A stretch of 64,000 nucleotides of DNA, from the IMG/VR virus record IMGVR_UViG_3300042691_008527, positions 1 to 64,000 of that record, one strand, 5' to 3'. This document shows, piece after piece, positions 5,710-14,886 of the stretch (the stretch's first letter is position 1; each line of letters opens with the position of its first letter). This stretch comes from a virus. The translations under genes and the position numbers were made by a program. The notes below the pieces were generated by a model. That model was given only the letters and a program-made list of their open reading frames with translations. It made no database searches and had not been told where the DNA came from.

Positions 5710-5888
5710 GACTACGGATTACTAACATGGCAGGCGATACGCACGACATGGAAATGAAATCAAAAGAAGAGGTTAGTTATTTTATTGAGATGTATCGCAA
5801 GAACCTGCGAAGAAATCAAAGAGTAAAAGTTACTTGCGATATTCTAGGTATTGACGGATACTTACAAGGAACGCTAACTAATCGCTAG
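5706..5888 (+). CDS. Hypothetical protein
   Basis: GTG start after GAAAGGA; ORF track. Confidence 0.7.
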   Translation: MRLRITNMAGDTHDMEMKSKEEVSYFIEMYRKNLRRNQRVKVTCDILGIDGYLQGTLTNR

Positions 5889-5896
5889 ATAAATAA

Positions 5897-5935
5897 AGTG
5901 AGCACATCTCAGACAGTGTGCTCACTATTTTTTTT
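5897..5935 (+). terminator. Intrinsic terminator ending the early region
   Basis: AGTGAGCACA/TGTGCTCACT stem followed by a T-run. Confidence 0.85.
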
Positions 5936-6025
5936 ATTTTATTTTTTTCAAAACATGCATCATACATCTTAGAAAAATATTCAGATTTTGGTAAAACCAA
6001 AAAATAAAAATTTTTTCAGATTTCA

Positions 6026-6412
6026 CTAAAGTGGAAGATGTCCGCTTTGCTCAAGGACAAACCCATTAGCCCTATCGAACAGCTCATAATCAAGCTCTAC
6101 AATATTAAAAGCCTTTGCGAACTCTTCAAAAACAATCGGTACATCTAAAGCACCACATGTATAAAGATCGAACTGAACTAACGAAGGATCTCCCTCATCC
6201 CAAATATGAAATGCAATGTGGCTAGTCTCAATCATGACAATAGCCGTAAGACCACGATTTCCTTCTTTGTCGACATAGCTAGCAAATGGACCCTTAATAA
6301 TCTTCATATCAATTTTCTCAACTAGGCGGGTAAGGAAATCAATAGCCTCTTCCTCTGATCGCATAGGATTATGCACCTTAGCATTAACAAGCAGGTGTTT
6401 GTGAAATAACAT
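6026..6412 (-). CDS. speD: Pyruvoyl-dependent S-adenosylmethionine decarboxylase family (class 1b)
   Basis: HKHLLV, GLTAIVMIETSHIAFHIW, FDLYTCG. Confidence 0.85.
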   Translation of the reverse strand: MLFHKHLLVNAKVHNPMRSEEEAIDFLTRLVEKIDMKIIKGPFASYVDKEGNRGLTAIVMIETSHIAFHIWDEGDPSLVQFDLYTCGALDVPIVFEEFAKAFNIVELDYELFDRANGFVLEQSGHLPL

Positions 6413-6466
6413 ATCTCTCCTCTGTTTGACGAATTACCATTATAGCGTATATGATAGAATAAAACA

Positions 6467-7111
6467 ATGTTTGTCCATGCAGAGTTTGCTAATAAATATT
6501 ATAAAATTTTAAATAGAATAAAGCCAGACGTTGCTATTGAAATTGGAGCATATGATGGAGAATTTTCTCAATATATGGCAACCGTTATTGATCCTAAAAA
6601 TGTTTGGGCATTTGAAGCAAATCCAGATACTTACAACAAATACAAAGATTCTTTATATCATATAAATTATATAAATATAGCTATATCTGACAAACAAGAA
6701 GAAACTGCTTTATATATAGTAGATACTGAAGAAATATGGGCTCCTGGAGCGGTAAGTATTAAAAATAGAAATGATGGACAACAAGAAAAAATAATATCTT
6801 TAATACAAACAAACACATTGGATAGTTTTGTAAAAGAAAATAATATCTCAGGAAATATATCATTATGGGTAGATGTCGAAGGTGCAAATAAAGAAGTTTT
6901 ATTAGGATCTATTGAAACACTAAAAAATGTAACATCAATATATATCGAAGTAGAAACATATGAATTTTGGAAGAACATATGGTTTAAAGATGATGTTTTA
7001 AACTTTTTGCAAGGATATAATTTTACTGCAATAGATCAGTCTACTGACTGGAAGCAGCATGATGTAATTTTTATTAGAAATGACTATTTAGAAATGGCAG
7101 GGTATAAATGA
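6467..7111 (+). CDS. FkbM family methyltransferase
   Basis: IEIGAYDG, AFEANP, LWVDVEGA..EVLLG, IYIEV. Confidence 0.85.
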   Translation: MFVHAEFANKYYKILNRIKPDVAIEIGAYDGEFSQYMATVIDPKNVWAFEANPDTYNKYKDSLYHINYINIAISDKQEETALYIVDTEEIWAPGAVSIKNRNDGQQEKIISLIQTNTLDSFVKENNISGNISLWVDVEGANKEVLLGSIETLKNVTSIYIEVETYEFWKNIWFKDDVLNFLQGYNFTAIDQSTDWKQHDVIFIRNDYLEMAGYK

Positions 7112-7839
7112 TCTCAAAGTTAGAGGGCATGCCAAAAATAGTTTACATAAACATATATTCACAATATAAAAGACGTGAACATATGGAGTCTATGTTTGCA
7201 AAGTATCAGATAGATGACTATCAACACTTTAATGCTATAACTCCATCAAAATCTCATCATCAATATTTAAACAAGGGGGAGTTTGGATGCATGCTTTCCC
7301 ACTTGATGATCATATCTGACTTTTATAAAAATAGCCCAGATGATATGTTGATCGTAATGGAAGATGATGTTGATATTTCTAGCATAGATAATTGGGATTT
7401 TTCTTGGCGGGAATTCATAGAGGCAATGCCTAACTTTGAAATATTACAACTTATTAGAAACCAAGAACACCAACAATACGCCAAACTCAAACAATGGCAT
7501 TGGAGAGATAAATCAACAGCTGGATATCTAATCACAAAAGACTATGCTAAAAAAATATATGATATGTACATGTATTCTCAAAAAAATTTGTCGGGGTTTC
7601 CAAATCTCCATGACGATCCTGAATTTCCATGGACACACAAAGTAGGCCCAGTAGCCGATTATGCTCTATATAAAAACTTTAACTCTTGGTCAATAGGTAT
7701 TTTTACTTACCTATTAAATACTGAAATAGGCTGGAGTTCTACATCTCCTGATAAAGAACCACCCAATTGGCTTGTCAAATATAACACTGAAATAAACGAA
7801 TATTGGTCAAAGCCACATAGCCTCAAAGATATTTTATAA
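7108..7839 (+). CDS. Glycosyltransferase family 25
   Basis: YINI...RRE, GEFGCMLSH, VMEDDV, STAGYLIT. Confidence 0.8.
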   Translation: MISKLEGMPKIVYINIYSQYKRREHMESMFAKYQIDDYQHFNAITPSKSHHQYLNKGEFGCMLSHLMIISDFYKNSPDDMLIVMEDDVDISSIDNWDFSWREFIEAMPNFEILQLIRNQEHQQYAKLKQWHWRDKSTAGYLITKDYAKKIYDMYMYSQKNLSGFPNLHDDPEFPWTHKVGPVADYALYKNFNSWSIGIFTYLLNTEIGWSSTSPDKEPPNWLVKYNTEINEYWSKPHSLKDIL

Positions 7840-8001
7840 TTACCATTTCCCAATAGGACAATGAGAGTTTTCTAGACGTGTTTTGATTTTCATAAAGCAC
7901 CCGCACTTTTTACAGACTTCTTTGCGTTTATTAAAAAATGGGCATTCACGACATATTTGCATACGCCTATCAAATTCTTCTTCAGATATTTCTTTGCCCA
8001 T
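7840..8001 (-). CDS. Small Cys-rich protein (DUF6171-like)
   Basis: RMQICRECP...CKKCGCFM..K.....HCPIGKW; leaderless ATG at 8001 below TATAAT at 8009-8014. Confidence 0.75.
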   Translation of the reverse strand: MGKEISEEEFDRRMQICRECPFFNKRKEVCKKCGCFMKIKTRLENSHCPIGKW

Positions 8002-8149
8002 ATGTTTAATTATAGCGGATACTGAGAATACTAACAAATACTAGACCATGTTTGTATGTTTCATACATGTATTGGTCTATGGGGTGTTTGGTGTTCTATT
8101 TAGCGCTTCGCTTTAAATTCCCGCATAAAAAAATGCTATAATATTGCTT

Positions 8150-8446
8150 ATGTCCGTCAACGAATGGCTAGGCGTAATCATAAGTGTGATGTCAATCATA
8201 GGATCCTTTGTATTGGCCATACGTTGGCTTGTAAAGCACTATTTCGAGGAGATGCGGGCGGAACTTAAACCCAACTCGGGAAAGAGCCTTAAAGACCAAG
8301 TAAGCCGTTTAGAAGAACGTGTCAATGAAGCTGAATATCTTCGCCGAGACATGAATGAAAAAATTGACAAAATGTATTTGATTTTGATTGACTATATCGC
8401 TGGACAAAATTCTAAGAAACGATCTAAATCTAAATCTGAATTCTAG
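8150..8446 (+). CDS. Membrane-anchored coiled-coil protein (lysis-cassette or holin-associated type)
   Basis: N-terminal transmembrane helix, LKPNSGKSLKDQVSRLE motif; leaderless ATG 8150. Confidence 0.65.
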   Translation: MSVNEWLGVIISVMSIIGSFVLAIRWLVKHYFEEMRAELKPNSGKSLKDQVSRLEERVNEAEYLRRDMNEKIDKMYLILIDYIAGQNSKKRSKSKSEF

Positions 8447-8520
8447 TATATACTATATATAAGATATATAGATATTATATATATTAGATATATCTTTTAT
8501 CTTTATATATTTAAATTATA
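8443..8520. repeat. AT-rich low-complexity block with ATATATA/GATAT repeats
   Basis: Almost all A/T, alternating AT. Confidence 0.8.
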
Positions 8521-8543
8521 CACATTGATTTGATAGTTGTCAA
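8515..8543 (-). promoter_or_regulatory. Perfect consensus SigA promoter with no downstream gene
   Basis: TTGACA-17-TATAAT. Confidence 0.75.
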
Positions 8544-8625
8544 GTTTTAATACCTTTTGAACTATAACGATTTGATAAACTTTTATATACTTGTACCTTT
8601 TGTCCTATTATGATATAATTTCTTA

Positions 8626-8677
8626 GTTGGCCCCTGAGTCTCTACCCCACCCCTCTGCAGCTCAGGGGCTGACCTTT
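8626..8677 (+). ncRNA. Candidate small hairpin RNA with C-rich loop
   Basis: TGATATAAT at 8611-8619; 14-bp stem 8626-8639/8660-8673; loop contains CCCCACCCC. Confidence 0.55.
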
Positions 8678-8699
8678 ATTATGGTATAATTTTCACATA

Positions 8700-9116
8700 A
8701 TGTCATGTGCAACATGCCCCCCAGATATTGAAAAAATTGGTGCTAATCCATCAAATATTCAGTGGTGCGTAGTTCGTGGCGATACCGCAACTTTAAGAAT
8801 TGACTTTGTTGAAGATGATGAGGTTACTTATTTAGATACTTCGACTTGGTCCTATGATGCTACAGCATATGATCCATCTACAGATATTTCTTTTACTTTG
8901 ACTACAGAAGATGAACCAGGATATGTTTTAATTACCGCTCCAGCTAGTATGACTGAAGACTGGGGAAATATATATTCTTCAGTTGTAGCAGAACTTATTT
9001 TTGATTTACAGGTAACAATACCATCTGACCTTATTGGAGGTCTAGATACAATTTGGACCCCAGTTATTGGTACAATATCAGTACTAGGTGATGTTACTCT
9101 AGGAGGAAGTTTATGA
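8700..9116 (+). CDS. Virion protein, BppU N-terminal-like adaptor
   Basis: VVRGDTATL...FDLQVT...GTISV; paralog of 12659..13003. Confidence 0.6.
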   Translation: MSCATCPPDIEKIGANPSNIQWCVVRGDTATLRIDFVEDDEVTYLDTSTWSYDATAYDPSTDISFTLTTEDEPGYVLITAPASMTEDWGNIYSSVVAELIFDLQVTIPSDLIGGLDTIWTPVIGTISVLGDVTLGGSL

Positions 9117-9958
9117 CAGTTATAAAAGTTGTTCCAATGCCAGGAGTTGAGGGTCCACAGGGACCAGTAGGTGCAACAGGTGCCACTGGTGCTACAGGTC
9201 CACAAGGAGCAACAGGGGCTACGGGTACAGCTGCCACAATAAGCGTTGGGTCTGTTACAACTGGAGCGCCTGGATCTTCTGCAACAGTAACAAATGTTGG
9301 AACATCTAGTGCTGCAGTATTTAATTTTTCAATACCACAAGGAGATACTGGCGCAACAGGTGCAACTGGAGCAACAGGTGCAACTGGCCCTGCTCCCTGG
9401 ACTTTAATTGGTGCATACGATAATGGATATAGTTATAACATTGGTGATGCAGTAACTTATCAAGGTGGATTTTATTATAGAACTGGTAATCCATTGAACC
9501 CAGGATATCCACCAACACCAGGCTCTATAAACGCATCATGGACTCCAGTTGCAGATAGGGGAGAGCAGGGAATACAAGGAATACAGGGAATACAGGGAAA
9601 TACTGGTCCACAAGGTGCAACTGGGAATGTTTTTGCATATACAATTAATTCACAAACTGGAGTATCATATACCGCACAATCTGGTGATGAGCAAGCAATT
9701 ATTAGAATGAATAACGGTTCTCCAAATGTTGTTTATATACCAACAAATACAACTTGGCCAGTAGCAATAGGATCATCTATAACTGTAGTTAGAACTGGTT
9801 CAGGATCTACTAAAATTCAAGCAACAACTCCAGGAACTACAACTATTGTTTCTACTGGTGCTACCGCTGCACAACCAGCAGCTAGGGCTCAGTACTCTTT
9901 TATGACAGCTGTAAAAGTTGAAAGCGATGTTTGGTACGTTACTGGAGACATTTCTTAA
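9113..9958 (+). CDS. Collagen-repeat fibre protein
   Basis: Three GXY tracts, a CBM5/12-like YNIGDAVTYQG segment, C-terminal WYVTGD domain. Confidence 0.8.
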   Translation: MTVIKVVPMPGVEGPQGPVGATGATGATGPQGATGATGTAATISVGSVTTGAPGSSATVTNVGTSSAAVFNFSIPQGDTGATGATGATGATGPAPWTLIGAYDNGYSYNIGDAVTYQGGFYYRTGNPLNPGYPPTPGSINASWTPVADRGEQGIQGIQGIQGNTGPQGATGNVFAYTINSQTGVSYTAQSGDEQAIIRMNNGSPNVVYIPTNTTWPVAIGSSITVVRTGSGSTKIQATTPGTTTIVSTGATAAQPAARAQYSFMTAVKVESDVWYVTGDIS

Positions 9959-10872
9959 TGCAATCAATTATAGGAATTAACTCTGCATCATTTAGAGTTC
10001 CACCTAAACCAATAGTTACAGGTGGAACTTTATATTCTGATTCTACATATTATTATAGAAAGTTTACTTCTTCAGGAACTTTAACAGTATCAGAAGTGCC
10101 ATTATCACCAATAGATATTATTCTAATTGGAGGTGGTGGTGGAAGCTCCTCTGGTGGTGGAGGTGGTGGTGGAATTTATGATCCAGTAGCACTTGATTCC
10201 TATACTATTACTGTACCAATAGGATCTACAACTGTAACTATTGGTGCTGGAGGAGCTGTTCAGTCAAAGGGTGGAGATACTTCCTGCCCAGTGTTAAGAA
10301 ATGGTGGACTTCCATTACCTAATCCAGCTTATGGTGGTGGTCAAGGTGGTCTAAGGCTTGGCCCAAGACCATCTTCAACTAATATTGGAGGTGGAGGTGG
10401 CGGAGGTAATGGGTATCTTGGTGGTTTTAGAGGTTATGGTCAAGGAGCTAGTGGAGCTTTTGGAGCAAGTGATTATGCCTATGGTGGTGGTGGCGGCGGA
10501 GGATGGCTTTGTGCACAAGATGGTGGAACAACAACCACTGTAGATGGATATAATGTTCAAGGATCAAAAGGTGGTGATGGATGTAATGCATATGCAACTT
10601 GGGCATCTGTAACATCTTCTGGAGCAGATGGTGGATATTTTGCTGGAGGTGGATCTGGTGGAAATGCTGATTATAATTTATTTAAAGCTCTTGCTGGAGG
10701 ACTAGGTGGTGGTGGCGGTGCATCAAGTGGTAGAGGGAACTATTCTCAAGCTGGAATAGCTAATACTGGCGGTGGTGGCGGAGGAATTATATCTTGGCTA
10801 AATGGAGGTACTGGACAACCTGGTGGATCAGGAATTGTAATTATTAGATATCTTAAATCATTAGTTGACTAA
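9958..10872 (+). CDS. Glycine-rich adhesin/tip protein
   Basis: TAATG coupling; GGGGG loops; ends GGSGIVIIRY. Confidence 0.75.
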   Translation: MQSIIGINSASFRVPPKPIVTGGTLYSDSTYYYRKFTSSGTLTVSEVPLSPIDIILIGGGGGSSSGGGGGGGIYDPVALDSYTITVPIGSTTVTIGAGGAVQSKGGDTSCPVLRNGGLPLPNPAYGGGQGGLRLGPRPSSTNIGGGGGGGNGYLGGFRGYGQGASGAFGASDYAYGGGGGGGWLCAQDGGTTTTVDGYNVQGSKGGDGCNAYATWASVTSSGADGGYFAGGGSGGNADYNLFKALAGGLGGGGGASSGRGNYSQAGIANTGGGGGGIISWLNGGTGQPGGSGIVIIRYLKSLVD

Positions 10873-10892
10873 TAATATGTTATAATAAGTTT

Positions 10893-11162
10893 ATGGCCAG
10901 TACAAAAACAGTTACAATTACATCTACAGCACCAGTAATCCTTACTCCAGCAGCAGTTCATTCTGGCGTTGATATTACTATACAAAATCAAGGTAGTGCA
11001 GATATCTATGTTGGCACATCGTCAGTTACAAGTACAAGTTACGGAGTTAAACTTGCTAGCGGCTCTGGACTTGGACTTACTGTTCCAGCAAGAGATGAAG
11101 TTTATGCAATTACAGCATCTGGAACAGCTACTGTAACAGTCTTGACGATGGGGCTACCATAA
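10893..11162 (+). CDS. Small beta-rich virion protein
   Basis: ITIQNQGSADIYVG; leaderless start. Confidence 0.7.
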   Translation: MASTKTVTITSTAPVILTPAAVHSGVDITIQNQGSADIYVGTSSVTSTSYGVKLASGSGLGLTVPARDEVYAITASGTATVTVLTMGLP

Positions 11163-11163
11163 A

Positions 11164-11766
11164 ATGGGTCAAATATACGGTCCTAGTGCACAACAAATTA
11201 TTGCAACAATTGTTGATAGCGCCCCAGCAACACTAGATACACTTAAAGAAATTGCAGATTCTATAAATGATGATGCTAACTTTGCAGTTACTGTTACAAA
11301 TGATTTAGCATTAAAAGCTCCATTAGCTTCGCCAACATTTACTGGATCTCCAAGTCTTACTGGTACAACATCAGTTCAACAGCTTTTAGAGAAAGCAACT
11401 GTGTCTGCAACAGCAGCAAACGGTACAATAAATTATGATTTGCTAACAAATGGATCCGTTACATACTACACATCTGATGCTGCTGGTAACTGGACATTGA
11501 ATGTTCGTGGAAATAGCACAACAAAATTAAATGCCTTAATGACTACTAACCAATCATTAACAATAGCATTTTTAGTAACAAATGGAGTATCAGCAAAATA
11601 TCAAACAGCTTTTCAGATTGATGGTGCACCTGTATCTCCAAAATGGCAAGGTGGAGCTGCCCCAACCTCTGGTAATGCAAGTGCTATAGATGTTTATTCA
11701 ATTACAATTATTAAAACAGCTGATACTACTTTTACTGTATTAGCGTCTCAAGTTAAATTTGCTTAG
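11164..11766 (+). CDS. Tail fibre stalk protein
   Basis: APATLDTLKEIAD..NDD.NF, KAPLASPTFTG, C-terminal PKWQGG.APT...DVY domain. Confidence 0.8.
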   Translation: MGQIYGPSAQQIIATIVDSAPATLDTLKEIADSINDDANFAVTVTNDLALKAPLASPTFTGSPSLTGTTSVQQLLEKATVSATAANGTINYDLLTNGSVTYYTSDAAGNWTLNVRGNSTTKLNALMTTNQSLTIAFLVTNGVSAKYQTAFQIDGAPVSPKWQGGAAPTSGNASAIDVYSITIIKTADTTFTVLASQVKFA

Positions 11767-11774
11767 GAGATTAT

Positions 11775-12626
11775 ATGCCATTACTATCTACTCGTGGCGC
11801 AGCATCAGCTAGATCATTTGGATTTTCTGGATCACTTCCTGAAGTTTTAGTTGAATATCTCGTAGTAGCAGGTGGAGGTGGTGGTGGCACAAATATTGGA
11901 GGAGGTGGTGGTGCAGGGGGATATTTAACTAATTATGGATCATCAACACTTTCTTTATCTAGTGGTGTAGCGCACACAGTAACAGTGGGTGGAGGTGGAG
12001 CCTCTGTTAATCCACAAGGTGTACTTGGATCAAGTTCTGTTTTTGCATCTATAACGGCAACTGGTGGTGGAGGTGGTGGAACATGCTGCAGTGGAACTAC
12101 GACTGGTGGAAATGGTGCTTCTGGTGGTGGAGGCAGTACAGCTGTTAGTGGTGGAACTGGAATTCCTGGTCAAGGAACTAATGGTGGAAATGGTGCATAT
12201 GGTGGAGGAGGATTTATTGCAGCAGGTGGTGGTGGAGGAGCTGGGGTGGCTGGAACAGCAGCATCAAATGGCTCAAATGGTGGAAAAGGTGGAAATGGAC
12301 TATCTTCAAGTATCACAGGAACTGCAGTAGTTCGTGCAGGCGGAGGAGGTGGTGGAGCAAATACAACATATTCATATCAGAGCGTTGGTCAGGGTGGTAC
12401 AGGTGGTGGAGGAAATGCTGGAACACCAAATGCAGCTTCTGGTAGCGCTAATACTGGTGGTGGCGGAGGTGGTGGAGGAAATGCAAGTGGCGGTTCAGGA
12501 GGTTCTGGAATAGTTATTATTAGAGCTCCTAAAGCTGCAGTTTCAACAACTGGATCTCCAACATATACAACTTCTGGCGGAAGTCATATTTATCAGTTTT
12601 TAACAAGTGGTAGTATAACATTTTAA
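11775..12626 (+). CDS. Glycine-rich adhesin/tip protein
   Basis: VEYLVVAGGGGGG...GGSGIVIIR. Confidence 0.75.
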   Translation: MPLLSTRGAASARSFGFSGSLPEVLVEYLVVAGGGGGGTNIGGGGGAGGYLTNYGSSTLSLSSGVAHTVTVGGGGASVNPQGVLGSSSVFASITATGGGGGGTCCSGTTTGGNGASGGGGSTAVSGGTGIPGQGTNGGNGAYGGGGFIAAGGGGGAGVAGTAASNGSNGGKGGNGLSSSITGTAVVRAGGGGGGANTTYSYQSVGQGGTGGGGNAGTPNAASGSANTGGGGGGGGNASGGSGGSGIVIIRAPKAAVSTTGSPTYTTSGGSHIYQFLTSGSITF

Positions 12627-12658
12627 TTCTTTGTGCTATAATTTAACTGGAGGAATCA

Positions 12659-13003
12659 ATGGCATTTCCAGGTACATATAATTTTAACTACTATCGTGGC
12701 GATACATTTCAGTTTATCGTAAGACCAAAAGATGCAAATGGTGCTCAGTTTGATTTAACTGGTTATACCGCTGGATTTACTATTGCAAGTTCTCGTGGTG
12801 CAACACCAACATCATTTTATTCTGGTACAACAGTTATCAATACAGTCGATGATATCGTTACTTGTACTATCTCATCTACAGTTGGAAATAACCTTACACC
12901 TGGAACAACATGGGTGTATGATGTTCAAATTACAGACGGCACTGTTGTATACACACTTTTGACTGGATCAATCACAGTAACAGACGATGTAAGGGAGCCA
13001 TAA
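12659..13003 (+). CDS. Virion protein, BppU N-terminal-like
   Basis: YRGDTF...YDVQI...LLTGSITVTDDV. Confidence 0.65.
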   Translation: MAFPGTYNFNYYRGDTFQFIVRPKDANGAQFDLTGYTAGFTIASSRGATPTSFYSGTTVINTVDDIVTCTISSTVGNNLTPGTTWVYDVQITDGTVVYTLLTGSITVTDDVREP

Positions 13004-13006
13004 ACA

Positions 13007-13543
13007 ATGGCTGAAATCGTTTTAAGCACCGTAGACTTAGATGTTTTTGGTGGCCCCACAAGTCTGGATGTATCTGTTGATTTCGGGGCTCAAGGAGTCC
13101 GTGGAAGCCGTTTCTGGGCAGGTGCCAATGGTCCCACGGTAGATCTAGTAGGCCAAGATGTAGAACTTTATGATGTATATCTTAATACTAATACTGGAGT
13201 ATTTTCACAATATATTTTACAGGTTGGTAGCCCAACATGGACACCATTATTAGATATTGATGTTCCACAATATTCTTTAATTTCTGCCACTACTTTTACT
13301 GCAGGGTCTGGATCGGTAACAATTCCAATTTCAAGCTTAACGTCAGATACTGGAACAACGGCATCAGACTATGTTATTCGATATAATATTTCTAATACAA
13401 ACCCAGTAGCCTCTAGTTTTACATCAAGCATTGTTTCTACAAATATTGTAGTAACACTAAATGCTATTGAATATTCTGGTGGAAGCTGGTCTAATTTATC
13501 AGGAAGTAAGAATGTACACTTGTTCATTTCTTACATAGGATAG
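13007..13543 (+). CDS. Minor virion protein
   Basis: ORF track; GAQGVRGS motif. Confidence 0.65.
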   Translation: MAEIVLSTVDLDVFGGPTSLDVSVDFGAQGVRGSRFWAGANGPTVDLVGQDVELYDVYLNTNTGVFSQYILQVGSPTWTPLLDIDVPQYSLISATTFTAGSGSVTIPISSLTSDTGTTASDYVIRYNISNTNPVASSFTSSIVSTNIVVTLNAIEYSGGSWSNLSGSKNVHLFISYIG

Positions 13544-13551
13544 GAGCATAA

Positions 13552-14886
13552 ATGTCAGAGTCAGTAGGTACGCTTTATCCAACACAGATACCATCGCTTT
13601 CTGATGCTGCTGATATTCAAGAAGCTCTTAGGCTTTATCATTATGGCGCATATCCAGGCACAGATCCTGGAGAATATAATCCTACAAACTCAAACCCAGC
13701 AAGCCTTGTATCAAGCTCAATAGCTGGAACATTTAATAGCTTACAAGGTCAAATTACAACTCTTTCTGGCAGCTTAGGTATTCAGCCTAGTACCCTAACC
13801 ACTAAGGGAGATATTCTTGCTGCAACTGCTGCATCTACTGTAACACGTTTTGGTGTGGGAGCAAATGGAACGGTACTAACTGCAAATAGTGCAACTGCTA
13901 CTGGTTTAGAATGGGCTACCCCAGTTGTAACAAACTCAAGCACCAACACGTTTACTAATAAAACAATGAATAATTTTTCTGTTACAGCAGGATCAAGCAT
14001 TCTTGATACCAACACAAATGAGCTTTTGACTTTCCCATCTTTAGTGGCATCAGCAGTTAATAATATACAAATAAATAATTCTGCTACTGGCGTAGCCCCA
14101 AGCCTTCAATCAATTGGAAATGATACAAATGTTGGCTTTAATATTATAACTAAGGGTACTGGATTAGCTCAAGTAAACGGTGTTCCAATTGCAACAACTA
14201 CAGACTCTCAAACTTTAACAAACAAAACTTTAACATCACCTTTGATAACTCTTAGTACAACATCTTCTACAACTGATGCTAGAATTTCTTGGGACACTAC
14301 AAATAAAAAGATTCAAGTTGGTGATGGAACATCTGCAACAGATTTTGCGTCATCGACATTGAGAACAAATGCTGCAACGCTTTCATCTAATAACTATACT
14401 ATAGTTCTTGCTGATAAAGATAAAATGGTTGAAATAGATAATGGTGCCACTGCATCTACTGTTACCATTCCAGCAAATGCAACAACTGCATTTTTACCAG
14501 GAACTCAAATTAATATTATTCAAACTGGAACTGCACAAGTAACTATATTGCCAGCATCTATAACAACTGCAACATTTTCTTCTGGAGGAGCTGCAGCAGC
14601 TACTACTTTTGTTATATCTACGCCAAATGCTAGCATTGCAGTTGGTCAAAAAGTTACGGGTACTGGTTTTGCAGATAATACATATGTTACAAATGTTGCT
14701 GGAACGACAATAACAGTAAGCCCAGCAATATCTTCACAGGTATCTGGAACAGTTACATTTAGTGTTGGAGTTATGGGAACTCCTGGACTTAAACTTAGAT
14801 CACGATGGTCTTCTGCAACTCTTATTAAGCGACCAACAGCAGCTGGTGTAGATGCATGGGTAGCAATTGGAGACCTTAGTGCATGA
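13552..14886 (+). CDS. Tail fibre stalk protein
   Basis: TTKGDIL, QTLTNKTLTSP, C-terminal WSSATLIK...WVAIGDL. Confidence 0.8.
   Translation: MSESVGTLYPTQIPSLSDAADIQEALRLYHYGAYPGTDPGEYNPTNSNPASLVSSSIAGTFNSLQGQITTLSGSLGIQPSTLTTKGDILAATAASTVTRFGVGANGTVLTANSATATGLEWATPVVTNSSTNTFTNKTMNNFSVTAGSSILDTNTNELLTFPSLVASAVNNIQINNSATGVAPSLQSIGNDTNVGFNIITKGTGLAQVNGVPIATTTDSQTLTNKTLTSPLITLSTTSSTTDARISWDTTNKKIQVGDGTSATDFASSTLRTNAATLSSNNYTIVLADKDKMVEIDNGATASTVTIPANATTAFLPGTQINIIQTGTAQVTILPASITTATFSSGGAAAATTFVISTPNASIAVGQKVTGTGFADNTYVTNVAGTTITVSPAISSQVSGTVTFSVGVMGTPGLKLRSRWSSATLIKRPTAAGVDAWVAIGDLSA

Noticed and set aside
1-5900. LexA/SOS boxes (TCGAAC-N4-GTTCGA) accompanying the damage-type promoters
   Set aside because: None seen, consistent with the LexA-independent interpretation.
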